The notes under the pieces were generated by a model. It was not told the origin of the DNA. It worked only from the letters and a program-made list of their open reading frames with translations, and searched no databases. Both the position numbers and the translations under genes were made by a program. A stretch of 64,000 nt of DNA from Zygnema circumcarinatum SAG 698-1b (lineage: Eukaryota > Plantae > Zygnematophyceae): the NCBI GenBank assembly GCA_037447605.1, contig CM074812.1, positions 2,232,001-2,296,000 on the forward strand. Reading direction: 5' to 3'. Of the stretch, positions 51,198-62,800 are shown piece by piece. The first letter of the stretch is position 1, and each line of letters starts with the position of its first letter.

Positions 51198-51499
51198 CAA
51201 TGTCTAACTATCATACACTAACACTAACAAAAACGATAGCGGAAATGGCGACTCATTCAACATAGTCCTTGCCATATCTCCCAGCGTCCTATTCATCCTC
51301 TCAGCAGCTCCGTTACTCTGAGGAGAATAAGGGGCAGTGAACTCATGTTTCACTCCGAGGGACTTTAGGTAATCTCTAAACTGGTGAGAGGTGTACTCTC
51401 CACCATTGTCTGACCTTAGAGTTTTTAGCTTCATCCTTGTCTCCCTCTCGGCCTGCAGCTGCCACTCCTTGAAGGCCTGAAAAGCTTCCGATATCTTGG

Positions 51500-51773
51500 T
51501 GTAACAAACCCGCCCCTGGCAGGGTTCGAACACAAGACCTCCCGGTACCCACACCAGTGCTTTACCATTAAAAGGCAACCGCGGATGTAAGTACTAGGCC
51601 ATACAACCCATGTATAGCGTTTCGCTACATTCCTCCCCACCTAAACCGGGCTCGTCCTCGAGCGCACTCAAGGGTTTTCACGAGCAGTTTTCATTTCATG
51701 TTCTACAAACTGAGTACCACAACAAGTTAGTGTGTGCCATACAATGTCTAACTATCATACACTAACACTAACA
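51500..51773 (-). mobile_element. Deleted composite: 5' tip of an LTR-A copy (51697-51773) plus element end with PPT and a 130-bp LTR (51500-51629)
   Basis: On - strand: tgttagtgttagtg..., then ...ctcgaggacgagcccggtttaggtggggaggaa|TGTAGCGAAACGCTATACA...GGTTTGTTACA. It replaces part of the copia C integrase. Confidence 0.7.
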
Positions 51774-52564
51774 CCTGCGACACAATCTTCACAAGTCCCG
51801 TGTCCTTCTCCCCTAACACCTTCCACATTTTATCCTCTGACTAACTTCTCATCTGCAAGGCGCTTCAAACCTCTGAATCCAAGGTGTCCAAGTCTGCGAT
51901 GCCAGAGTTTCACCTTGGGGTCCTCTTCAACTGAATTGACCACCTCCACCTGCTTCCCACCCCAATTCAGATAATAAAGGCCATTTTTCTGCATGCCTCT
52001 ACATAGGGTCCTCCCGGTATTCGTGTCAACTACTGCGCACGCCACTTTATCAAACCACACCTTGCAGCCTGCCTCGCAGATTTGACTCAAAGAAAGAAAG
52101 GTATTCGAGTTTGGGGCTCAAAGTGCTTTATTCACGTTCCAAAGCACAAGCAACTGCGGAAGTTCAATCCTCGAGCTGTGGAAGGATATTTCCTTGGCTA
52201 CAATGAAGATAGTCAGACTTACCGGATTTGGAATCCAGTCACAAAGAAGGTGGAAAGGAGTCGTGACATAATTGTGCAAGAATTCCACAAGCATTCAGAG
52301 GAGCTGGATGAAGAGAAGGACGTGAACACGAGAAGGCTTGTGTTTCCATGCGTTCCAGAAGATTCAGGAAGGGCTGAGGAAGCAGCATTACCACGGCCAG
52401 ATACTCAGCATAGCCCACCAATGGAGCATGTCACTAATCCGCTAGGTTCCATACCCGAGGAGGGGCCACTTGAGAGGGATGCACCCGAGGAAGAGGAGCC
52501 ATCAGCGGACTTGCAGGTGCAGCCAGCAGAGGAACAGAGAGACGAGCCAGGATTCACTCCAAAC

Positions 52565-53870
52565 TGTTAGTGTAGAGTAGTTTGGAACTTGTAATACACT
52601 AAGTGATTTGGTACTAAGTTCTAAGGGGTGTGCTCATAGCGTCCATATTGCATGGAGGACCGCCTAAGCGACCGTACAAGTCTTCGGGGGTGTGCGTGTA
52701 GCGCGCGCATGAAGATCGGGCTAAAATGCAGTTGTACGGAGCGGCGCGCGAGTGTACGGCCAGCAGAGCGCTGATTGATCGTGGCGCGAGTGCGGAGCGT
52801 GGAGCGCGCAACACGTGGCGTGACGGATGGACATCAACGGTGGTGCACGAAGCGGCGGAACAAAGCGTCAGTGGAGTTGCTTCAGAATGTCGGCTGCGAA
52901 TCAAATGGCGCCACGTGTACCACTCATGTTTTGGGTCCGCGAATCTGAATGGACGGCTGTACGGCCGGCAGCCGGAAAATGGCAAAGGGGACCTGACGAA
53001 CAGAGGATCTGTACGGTAGGGCAATCCGTAATTCGGTGTCGTAGTATGATTACGAGACCACCTTTGTAGGTCCTAGTTTGGTCTTGCCGCTTTGCCAAAT
53101 GCAAGGGCTTGCAATGGTGGGCGTGACGTGACATCTAGTGTCACGTCACACGAGCATGTTAGTATATTATGGAGGTATGTTTTGTAGAAGTTAACCTTCT
53201 CGTGACTCACATTGGACGAGAGGCTATCTTGCTTTGGGCCTAGAAGATAGTGGGAAGAGTTCAGCTTGTAGTGGGGTGGTTTATTCACGTAGCTTGAGTT
53301 TAGGAGCTTGGCTCTAGTGTTGTCAAGTTGTATTCACCTTTATCTTAAGGAGTTTTAGGCTGCAGGCTTTCTCCTTACATCTTCTCCTTTCCGCTGATCT
53401 GTTCTATTGCATTCAGTATTGTTGTGTGTCTACATCCTTTAAGAGTGTGATTGAACAAGTCATTGAAGATGTCGAGTTCTACCGAGGGTAGAGGAGAAGT
53501 GGCAGCACCTCGCTCGGAGGCCGCTGCATCAACAAGTGGTATCAGAGCCGAAGGCGTTGAAGACGTGAAGTTCACCATTCCAGCGTTCAATTGGAAGAAC
53601 TACAAGCGGTGGAAGTTTCGCATGCTCACGGTGCTGGAGAACAAGCGACTGTTGGGGTATGTGAATGGCTCCATTGTGGCCCCGGATTCAGAGATGAACG
53701 CTCTAGAGTTTGAGCAGTGGAGGGTGAAGGATTGTAAGGTTAGGACCTTGCTTTGTGTTGGCGTTAGTGAGGATCCTACAGATCTGCATGCTTCCCTCCC
53801 CGAGCACCTCCAACTGGATTGTTCCGCTTTGCGTCATCGAAACCCCTTGTCCTGTTGCCGAGTAGAGGTG
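52565..53870 (+). mobile_element. Ty1/copia element D, 5' LTR plus truncated gag, followed by an inverted pol fragment
   Basis: LTR 52565-53534, PBS TGGTATCAGAGC at 53537, gag to ~53772. ~53773-53868 reads YSATGQGVSMTQSGTIQLEVL on - strand. Confidence 0.85.
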
Positions 53871-56800
53871 GAATGAATGCCCTTCCTTGTGACTTGTGCA
53901 GCTTTGGTGTTGTGCTCCTCGAGCTCATCACTGGCCAGCCCGCCCTCATCAGGGACATGGACGAAGAAGAGGAGGAGATTTTGACTTCTTTGGCAAGCTG
54001 GGTAAGGCGTGTCAACCTATGCCCTGTTCCGGTCCTAGCGCTTGAAAAGCACTTCACTTGTAATAAAATTAGTTGAGCCAAGCCACAAACGAATCTGTAC
54101 AATGCGGCTTTCTCTAGCTTAATCGCACATGGAAAAAGCCTAACAAGTTAGTGACATAAGCAATTTTGGGTGGAGCATGTTCGTCCTATAAGCAGCTCAC
54201 TGTTGCACCGGAATCGACTGCCCTTACCTTGTGTCACTTGCAAGGATGTTGGCAGGCCATTGAGTTCAACATTCTCGTATCATAAGGACTTAGCTATAGC
54301 TCTTGGCAATGCACTGTGGCCTTGGAAAAATGTGGAGAAAGTCCTCGTCTTTCGAAACTGCATCTTATGTTTATGTTAACTTTATCAAGAGCATAGTGTT
54401 CCGCTCAACGAGATGTGTGAAGAGGTGATAGTGTTTGATATCCTCTGCTCATTAAGCTTGCGCATGGTCATGCCTATGAATTCCGCAATGTCATATTGCA
54501 TTTCATATACATTAGGATCAGAGTCAAGCTTCCCTTAGTCAACTTACAAATAGCTTGGAGATGCGCCTTATTTCAGTCCATATGCTTACCTTCATCCAAA
54601 AAAAAGCTTGTTGGCTATCAGGTGAGTCGTTGTGCTTAGCATATTTTGACAATTATGGACTTTTTTGAGAATTTGAATTGAATATTGAATGTCACTGATT
54701 GAAGAATCGACTTTCTTCTCTTGCAGGCTCTACCAAAGATGGCAACTTCGCTGGGCCTCTCTGCCCTTGTAGACCCCAATCTTGAGGGAGAGTACCCCCT
54801 TGAGGCCATGCAGTCCTTCGCCAGCATCGCCGCATCCTGCCTTCAGAGGGTCTCCAAATACCGTCCGGACATGGCGGATGTGGCAAGTGAACTGCGGTTG
54901 CTTCAGGCAAAGTTGAGGGCTATGGACGACGAGAGAAACGAAGAACAGGTGAACATGAAAATCTCAAACGTTCCCATTCCGATCAATGTTGATGACGGAT
55001 CAGAAATGTCGGGACTATCCAACCAGAAAAGTGCAATGGAGGACGTACTTGCTCGAGTTCCTAAAGATAGCCTTATGATGGGACGGTAGGAAGTTCTTCT
55101 ACTCGCTTACAGTGACTGATACTCAAGTAAAAATCACTTGCATCAGAATCGCCGAAAATCTTGTTTTCATTGATGCAGAATCTATTGATTCTGGATTGAT
55201 TGTCCTGAGCTTCATGACCTGATGGTTGTGCTTTCCATCTAAATACAAAAAAATTGGTGAACTCAATTATTAAAAAATGCAATTTATTGTTTTGTTAAGT
55301 GAAGCTCGTTGTTAGAAGTGGAAGAGTGGCCGGTGATTAAGAGGGAGAGAGAAGAGAAGGGTAGGGGGGAAGTGGGGGATGGAGAGACTCAGGGGAGGTG
55401 AGAAAGGGAGTGGGGGGCGGATGTTTGGGAGGGAGGGAGGGAGGAAGGGAGCTAGCTAGCTAGTTAGCGAACCCCCGCCTTCCTCACCCGACCTCCCTTA
55501 TGCATTCTCATTACGTATGACACATATTTTTAAAAATTGAAAAAAGCCGCGTCCCGGGACAAGAAGTATGTACAGATGTGGACTACGTCCAACAGGTTAG
55601 AAGCAGCAGCAAACCCGAGTAAAATTCAAATAACGCCCTGAACACCCGCTGAAATAACTCGGAAACAAGAGTCACCTTGTCTAGCGTATCACCGCTTGGC
55701 TGTTCGCGGTCCTTTTGCGAGGCGAGCACGTGGAAGGAACGGCTCGGCCGCGTGCAGGTCGCAGGGGGGGAAGGGGGAGAGGCGGGATCCAGGATTGCAT
55801 GGAAGGGGAGGAGGGAGACGAGGAGGGCCGGGGCGAGGAGGGAGAGGGAGAGGCAGGCCATGGCGGTTGGAGTGGAAGGGAGGGACGGAGAGAGGGAGAG
55901 AGAGGGGCAAAGACGTTAGCGGAGAGAACCAGCGTGAATATGAAGAAACTGTTTTATGGAGTTCGCGTTCTAAAAGGTTGGTACGCGTTCGAGGAATGAC
56001 TTGTGAATGCACAAGGGGAAGGAAGGCAGGCAGGCAGGTGACGTGTACGGAAGGACAAAAACGACCATAACGGGTAATTTTCAATTTCAGTCCTAGTTTC
56101 AGATCCAGTTTCAAAGTCCGTCCAGTTGAAGATTTAGTTGCAGTTAAACTTTCCGTGGCAATTTCATTTCAGTTTCATGCTGCGCGGTTGCAAGAGAAGA
56201 GCAGGACCTGGTCAAAGCCGCGTGTCACAGAAACAATTTCCATGGTTTCGATCTCCGTAAGTTACGAGCTGTAGTTCTTTGGGGAAAAGTGAGAGAGCAG
56301 AGCGGCAGAGCGTTGCCCTCTACCGGTACTGGTGTTTCGGATCCAGGCGTTGAGCTCTGGATTACCAACACAAGATTAGCCTTGTATTCAAAAGACTGAA
56401 TTTGCTTTACCAATTCTAGCCAAAAGGGGGACGGAGGGAGGGGGGAGGGAGGGGGGAAGAGGGGGGAGGGAGGCAGGACAAACAATGTCTGAGCCATACG
56501 CTGCAGTACCATTTTCAGTTCCAGTACGGCAACAGCTACACAGACATTCATCAGCGTCCGTGAAAGGTCTACAGATTAAAAACAATCTCTTACCAATCCA
56601 GCAGCACCAGACAGGTTTAACTACCTCACTGGCAAGGGATGAGATGTTTGAAAGAATTAAATTAACTCATATGTGCTTGGCTTGCCCAGCCCCAGCCCCC
56701 CCAGCTGGGGAATACAATGTAGTTGACAACGTGACAGCAAGAAATTGCAGTGTGCGCCCATCATCGAAAACCTCCAAGTCGCCAAGTCAGAGCACGGAAA

Positions 56801-59109
56801 AGGCTCAACAGTTGAAGACCGCACTTGTACCTGACCATAGGGTTGCAGCCTGGCCATTTTACTCATATAAGACCCCTCCTAGACACATTTTGATGTAGTT
56901 TTTATACATATTTTACCAGCACTTCCACAGGGAGTTGAGTAGGGGTTGCAGTTATTATAATCGCCACCTAAACAAGTGGCTTTAATCAGCGCATCGCACT
57001 TAAGGTTGACGTTCGTGAATAGAACGGGGCATAGTGACTTAGTGCAAAGTGAACCCCCAACGGTTACTCCAAAGTCACTTGTGGCCAAACATACCTGAAA
57101 TCAGGCACACAGGAAAAATGATGTAAAAAAGCACCGCAATACACCATTAATCGTACAAATTCTCCCTTCCCAACAAGGCCAAATGAGAAGATATCGGAAA
57201 TTTGACCAGAAGACAATTAAATGAGGCTATCCAAAAACCTGCACATTTGGACGAGACTTGACGCGAAAAAACCCTGCAACAAGGTTTTGTTGCATGCAAC
57301 TGGACTTAAAACAGTGTATCATCAGCACTGGGTTTCAGAGAGATGTGACATTCACCTCTTGACCAAAAATGGTTTCTGGGGTATTAGCAAGCTTCAAACG
57401 GCCGCAGTAGATACCGGGGTTCAGGTAAAAGAACGCTGCCGCATCACCTTCCAAGAGATTGTTTATGATGGTGTTGCAAGTTTCGTTGCTTTGAACTTTG
57501 TACAGCTTGGTGCAGGGCGAAAGGTCCATAAGTGGTCCCCCTTTCACGCAAACCTACATAAGGGCTTTTCCATACAAGTCAGTTCGACCCATTTCTCGTG
57601 AAAGATGCACAAACATCCATTAGGACACAAGCAACTCATATCTCCCTCTATACTTCGCTTCTGTCCTCTTTCTCTCCCTTCCTTCTCTCTCTCACTTATT
57701 TTTCTTGCATATATCTATTGCATCAACAAAACTCTAAGCCATGGCACTCACCTGTTGAAACGGTTGAAGCTGTGCACAATCCAGATTAGGGTTCAGTGTA
57801 CCAGGCCCCGAAATATCTTCGTCTAGGTTGAACAAGGCCTTAATAGAGTCACACGTATCTGTCTGCATTGAGATCGCGGTGGTAAGGATATCAGCAAGTG
57901 TGGGTTTGAAGAGATTTTAGGGCTCAGCAGTGTTGAAACCCAACCTGTGCTTAAGTACGACACTTGTAATTCACCTGACTAATTATGTAACTTTCATGTC
58001 CTCTAAAAAAACACGTGAATGCCGCTTCTCTCCTCCACTGTCCTTTCCTGTCTATCCCCTCCGCCTACTCTCTCCCTCTGATTTCTCCCTTCATTGAAAC
58101 CTAGCTCTGCCTCTCTCCGAGCTCTCGTACTCAATTCAAGTTTTACTTTCAGTTTGCACTGCTCACCTCAGTTACAGAATAAGAAATGGAACAATTTCGC
58201 GCTGCCGTGACATTTACAACAGTGAGTGCTGCAAGGGGTTCATCGCATTGCAGTCCCTGCAAACAGGAGAAAGCTTCATTATGTCAAGTAGATTTACTAG
58301 TTTAGTACATCCTTATCTAACGCTCACCGACTTATCAACGTCAACAATTATCATCATATGTCTACATTGTTGTTCACACCATAGACGCGACTGGGGCATC
58401 AGCTGCTTGGACTATCCCCGAATAGGGCAACGATTTTCCGATTATTTAAACCTTTTGCTTCTCTCAGGCGCAATACGGGAAGGAGGGCGGGGCTTCCTAA
58501 ATAAAAAGGTTTGCAGGTTGTCTTTACTCACAGGGTTTTCCACTGCAAAGTCTTCCTTTAAGATGCCATATATGTTGTAGATGGTGGAGCATGTTAAGGA
58601 AACTCCAACTGGCACGGTGTAATATGATGTACTGGCATTCAGAAGAGAAGCTGCGCAATGAATACATGGCCTATCATCATCAGATTCTAAACATAAGTGC
58701 CTAACAAAACCCACTTCCTCCATTATATATGTTGCATAGTTCAAAAATTTGATCAATGATGACTTTGGAACATTTTCCATCTATATTTTTTCCTACAAAT
58801 CCGTGTCATGATCTATCTCCATCTTCACCACTATCGTCTTCTCCTCGCTAGACCTGCCTTCGCTGCGCTGACGTCAGCCTCACATCTCCATCCTTCACTC
58901 AAGTTTCTCTCCCATTCGCTGCACTCTGACGTGAACTCAGGCTTTTTCTTCCTTCCATTCCCATCTCTCCCCCTCTCTCTCTTTCTCTCTCTCTCTCTCT
59001 TTCTCTCTCTGCTTGTCCTCACCTCTTCCTCACCATCCTCCTCCTTACCCATCTCCCTCTCTCTCTCTGCTTTAGCTCACCTCTTCCTCACCATCCTCTT
59101 CCTTACCCA

Positions 59110-59150
<41 letters not shown>

Positions 59151-59845
59151 GCTCTTCCTCACCAGATCTCCAAAACAAATACCTGGAATGCAGGTGAGGG
59201 CTCCACCAATGGAGTCAGAGGCATATCCTACGGGGCAGACGCACATGTAGGTTCCCGGAAAATTCGTGGAGTTCAGACACGTGCCAACACCGCAGGGATT
59301 CCGTGATGTGAAGGTGCAAGGTGATGCTGCTCAAGCAGTCAAAGACAAAAAAAAAAAGACAGTTCAATTTAAGGTAATCAACTCCTTAGAAAATCCTGAC
59401 CATTCTTTTATATGAGCTCTGCGGGTTTTCGGGTCAATCTTGAAAATCATGGGGGTACTATGCATCCTGCACAATGTGTAACAACGTTTTCCTCCTGCAT
59501 TCCGATGTTTCATAAAAAGATGGTGTTCAAGCCCTCAGATATTCAAATTGCCACAAAATTTAAATCTTCAAGAAGTCTAAGGACAGTAAATGTGGTAAAA
59601 GCAAAGTGGGAGATTTTATCACCAGGAGCACAAGTTTGTGTTCCATCTGTATTGTTTACTGCCAGAAATCCAGCGCTACAGTCGCACAAATTGATCAGAT
59701 TTGATGTTCCGTCCGCGGGAATGCATATGCCGTTTCCGCAGGGGTTCATGCTGCCCGGACCGTACTCTAAAGAAAGAACCTTGCTAGCATAATTTTCGGT
59801 ATTACACGGATCGTTGACTGCAATAGGAGGAGACGCGAGAGAGGG
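53869..59845 (+). repeat. Segmental duplicate of 15931-23452 (lacking the 17996-19617 insert)
   Basis: Co-linear, high identity with scattered SNPs and indels over RLK 3' exons, intergenic DNA and LysM/EGF exons. Confidence 0.95.
53902..55089 (+). pseudogene. Orphan duplicate of the last two RLK kinase exons
   Basis: Exons 53902-54001 and 54727-55089 match 15964-16063 and 16791-17153. Upstream is copia sequence, not RLK. Confidence 0.9.
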
Positions 59846-62800
59846 GGAGAGGGAGAGAAAGTGGGAGAAGGGCAAGGAAGGGCAAAGGAAGCGAGGGGCC
59901 AATGGATATGGAGTTAGAGTAAGTTGGAAAGGGAGGGACAAAGACAAGCAAGCTGGGGTAAGCTGATGTGAATTTAAACATGCAGTGAGTATATCATCCC
60001 ACAATTCAATTTGGAGTACTCACTCCTCGAAGGACACCATACTCTTACCAAAAGCAGCACAACCATCTCATTTCATGCGCAGTCTTTCCTTTCTCACATT
60101 TCTCGCTATTATGCAGAACATACACTCTTACCTTTGACTGGCATAATCGGTATCATGGCCGGTTGGACATTGATTCCACAAATTCCGTAACCGCCGACTA
60201 TCTTCATTTTCATGTAGCCTCCGTCCCCCCAATTGGCTCCCCATGAATTTCGGATAATCCAATATGGTGGGGAGGAGGTTAAGCTATATCCGACGACTAC
60301 AACAGCGTGGTTCACCCCATCTGAGTAACAGTTCTCATCATCATAAACACCCTGGAAAAACTCAACAAAATATTATAAGCAATACGACGGGTGTAGAAGA
60401 CAGAAATTGATCAAGCACATCGCCGTTCTAAAATGAAGAATATTAAATAGCTGAAATGGAATCTAGCACCTAAATGCATTCTCCTTCCCGTGCCTTCACA
60501 AGCTGCTAAGATAGAAGAAGACTTATTCTCTTATGTGTAAACGAAATTTAGTATGAAACATTTAAGTCTGTCAAGCAAATGAGAGTGCTTATGATTCAGC
60601 TATAATATGTAGCTATGGCCCTCACCATGTTAGGGTTGTAGTTGATGAAACTGTCTGAGCGTGCTTCAATGGTAACCACTACTGGCTGCTGTTGTATGGC
60701 CAACAAGATACCTGTCCAGCCGCTCAGCTGAACCTTTTCAAACGAAAGAACTCGCAAGTCGCTGGTTGACTGCACGTGGCAGTAAGCCAAACAATTAAAG
60801 GATTAGATCTACGCCTGCTCGAAATGTAGAAGTAAATTAAAAGTTCATCGACTTAGGTTTTCCTGGACTAAAATTTTACCGAAGCAATACGGAAAATTAG
60901 GATGCATAAACCTTGCTGAATTGAATTGTGAACATGGGCCCATCCACGAAAACAATGGAGAAGGGTAAGTGGGTCACAGAATCGACAGAGGCAGAGTGGG
61001 AGAAAGTGGGAGAACGATGCAGACATGTGCGGTTGCGTGTCTGAGACAAGATCATTCCCTCTCTCTCTCCCTCCCTCCCTCCCTCCCTCCCTCCCTCCCT
61101 CCCTCTCTCGATTCCTTTCCCTCTCTATCTCTCTATTTAAAGCTCCTTTCTTCGACAGGATGAGTGCACGAGAGACAGAATGAGGCAAACCAATGAAGTA
61201 TATGTGCCCGTTTGTCTGCATTTGTTAGTACGAAAGAGATAGAACAGATAAAAGAGCAGAAGGGAACAATCAGGAAAAGAATTCGGAAAAGTGAAATAGT
61301 CGAAAGTTGTTCATACATTTAGCTGCGAGCATGTCAATGAAGCCTTGTACTTAGTGGATAAGCCGGTGGTTGCTGCATAGTCAAATGCCTCTGTCGGCCA
61401 TCCAGTAGACGAACAAGATCGATTTGGTGTCAAACACCTCAGAACTTGGCCTTCAAAGATGTTTGGAAGGCTTTTATCTCCCGCAAAGGATATATAATAA
61501 GCACTCTCAATGGCGGAAATGACCGAAAACAACCAACACGAGTCTGCAAATGAAAGCAAGATTGAGTATGGGTAAATTACTTATGCAACAGTCATGTCCT
61601 TTAGCTCACCTTGGGAAAATCGGCAGACCTTAGTTTGGATAGACATGAAGCAAAGGACACTTAAAATTGCATTTCTGTCGTTCTGAGGAGTAGCTAGAAA
61701 GGACAAGAGATCACGGGTATTTTAATGAGAACGTATGAATAGGCCCCCTTCTCATCAACACTGACGACACTGCTGCAAACATTGTCTGCGGAACTCATTA
61801 TTCTCGACCTGCGAATGAATGCTTGTAACTGTAGTTTCAACCTGAACTCAATTTCTAATAATAGAAAAGACCTTGAATTCGTACGACATTCATTTTCGGT
61901 CATGTGGACCTTAAGAGTATCGAAATAGTGGCCCTCTCTTTGCTAGATAGTGAAAGTTCAATAGGAAAGCATCAAACCATAATTTATCGACCATAATCAG
62001 ACCATGATTTTCCGTTGTAGATTGTTTAGATTACGGAACAGCTTGTGGACACAGCATACTGAAGATTGCCTTGTCTTTCACACGATTTTTTTGTTCCTTG
62101 GGCAATCTAGGTTTTGTAGAGTTTCCTTGATTTCCTTAAAAATCCAATTGTCTGAGGTTTGCTGAACTTTAGGGGCACTGCAATGTAAGTTATTTTAAGA
62201 CATTTAGGGTCTTCAGTAATTCCGGCACATACTGCAACTCTCTTGGTTCTTGACTGCTTGCACGGTCCCCTCTCCCACCCAATTCCAGTTGGTAGCGACC
62301 AGCCATGAAGGAAGACCACTCTTCGAAACGACAAACCCGGAGCTCACGTAGCGGAAATAGCTGTTCAACTTCACCGGAGAAGTTGGAAAGCTTAACCCGA
62401 ACGCATATGTTCCTGAAAGATGAATGTAAATTCCTTGTCAATTTTCATTGAACCAGATGCGATGAGTGCAGAGTGAATGGTTCAAAAGTGAAGAGAGGGA
62501 GGGCGAGAGGCAGAGAATGGGAGAGGAGGGATGCAGGGAGGACTGGACGATGAAGGGGGAGGAGAAGGTGGGAGGGAGTGGAGAACAGACGACATAAAAG
62601 AGGTAAAAATCCTCCTTGAGCACCATGCGCTTAGTATTCCTTTTTCTGACCGACGAGTTTCTTTAGAGCTTATGAAATTACCGAAGACGCATCTGTTGGT
62701 ATTGTTAATGGCTGCAATATATCCCACATTACATGTGCAATTGTAGGTAACAGTAGAGCAGATTCCATGGCCTGCACATGCGCCCATAGGCTGTGCGGCG

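Larger units (their letters stand above)
33277..51229 (-). mobile_element. Ty1/copia element A, full-length but disrupted by nested insertions
   Basis: LTRs 33277-34263 and 45779-46771+51198-51229; TSD aaaac both sides. PBS tRNA-iMet below 45779, PPT at ~34264-34275. Gag-PR 44138-42540, integrase to ~41900, RT 41400-40310 and 34847-34290. Confidence 0.93.
31313..52564 (+). mobile_element. Ty1/copia element C (outer host), internally inverted and truncated
   Basis: 5' LTR 31313-31979 (TG..CA), PBS TGGTATCAGAGC at 31982. Gag with two CCHC knuckles and protease (WLIDSGAS) to 33160. GAG-pre-integrase/integrase on - strand (51774-52100, 51235-51499, 33161-33276). Integrase C-terminal part on + from 52101 (RVWGSKC...YRIWNP). 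Confidence 0.88.

Noticed and set aside
61344-61351. Non-canonical GC donor in the protease gene
   Set aside because: A GT donor 7 nt away plus an undetected small exon is equally possible; it cannot be resolved without cDNA.
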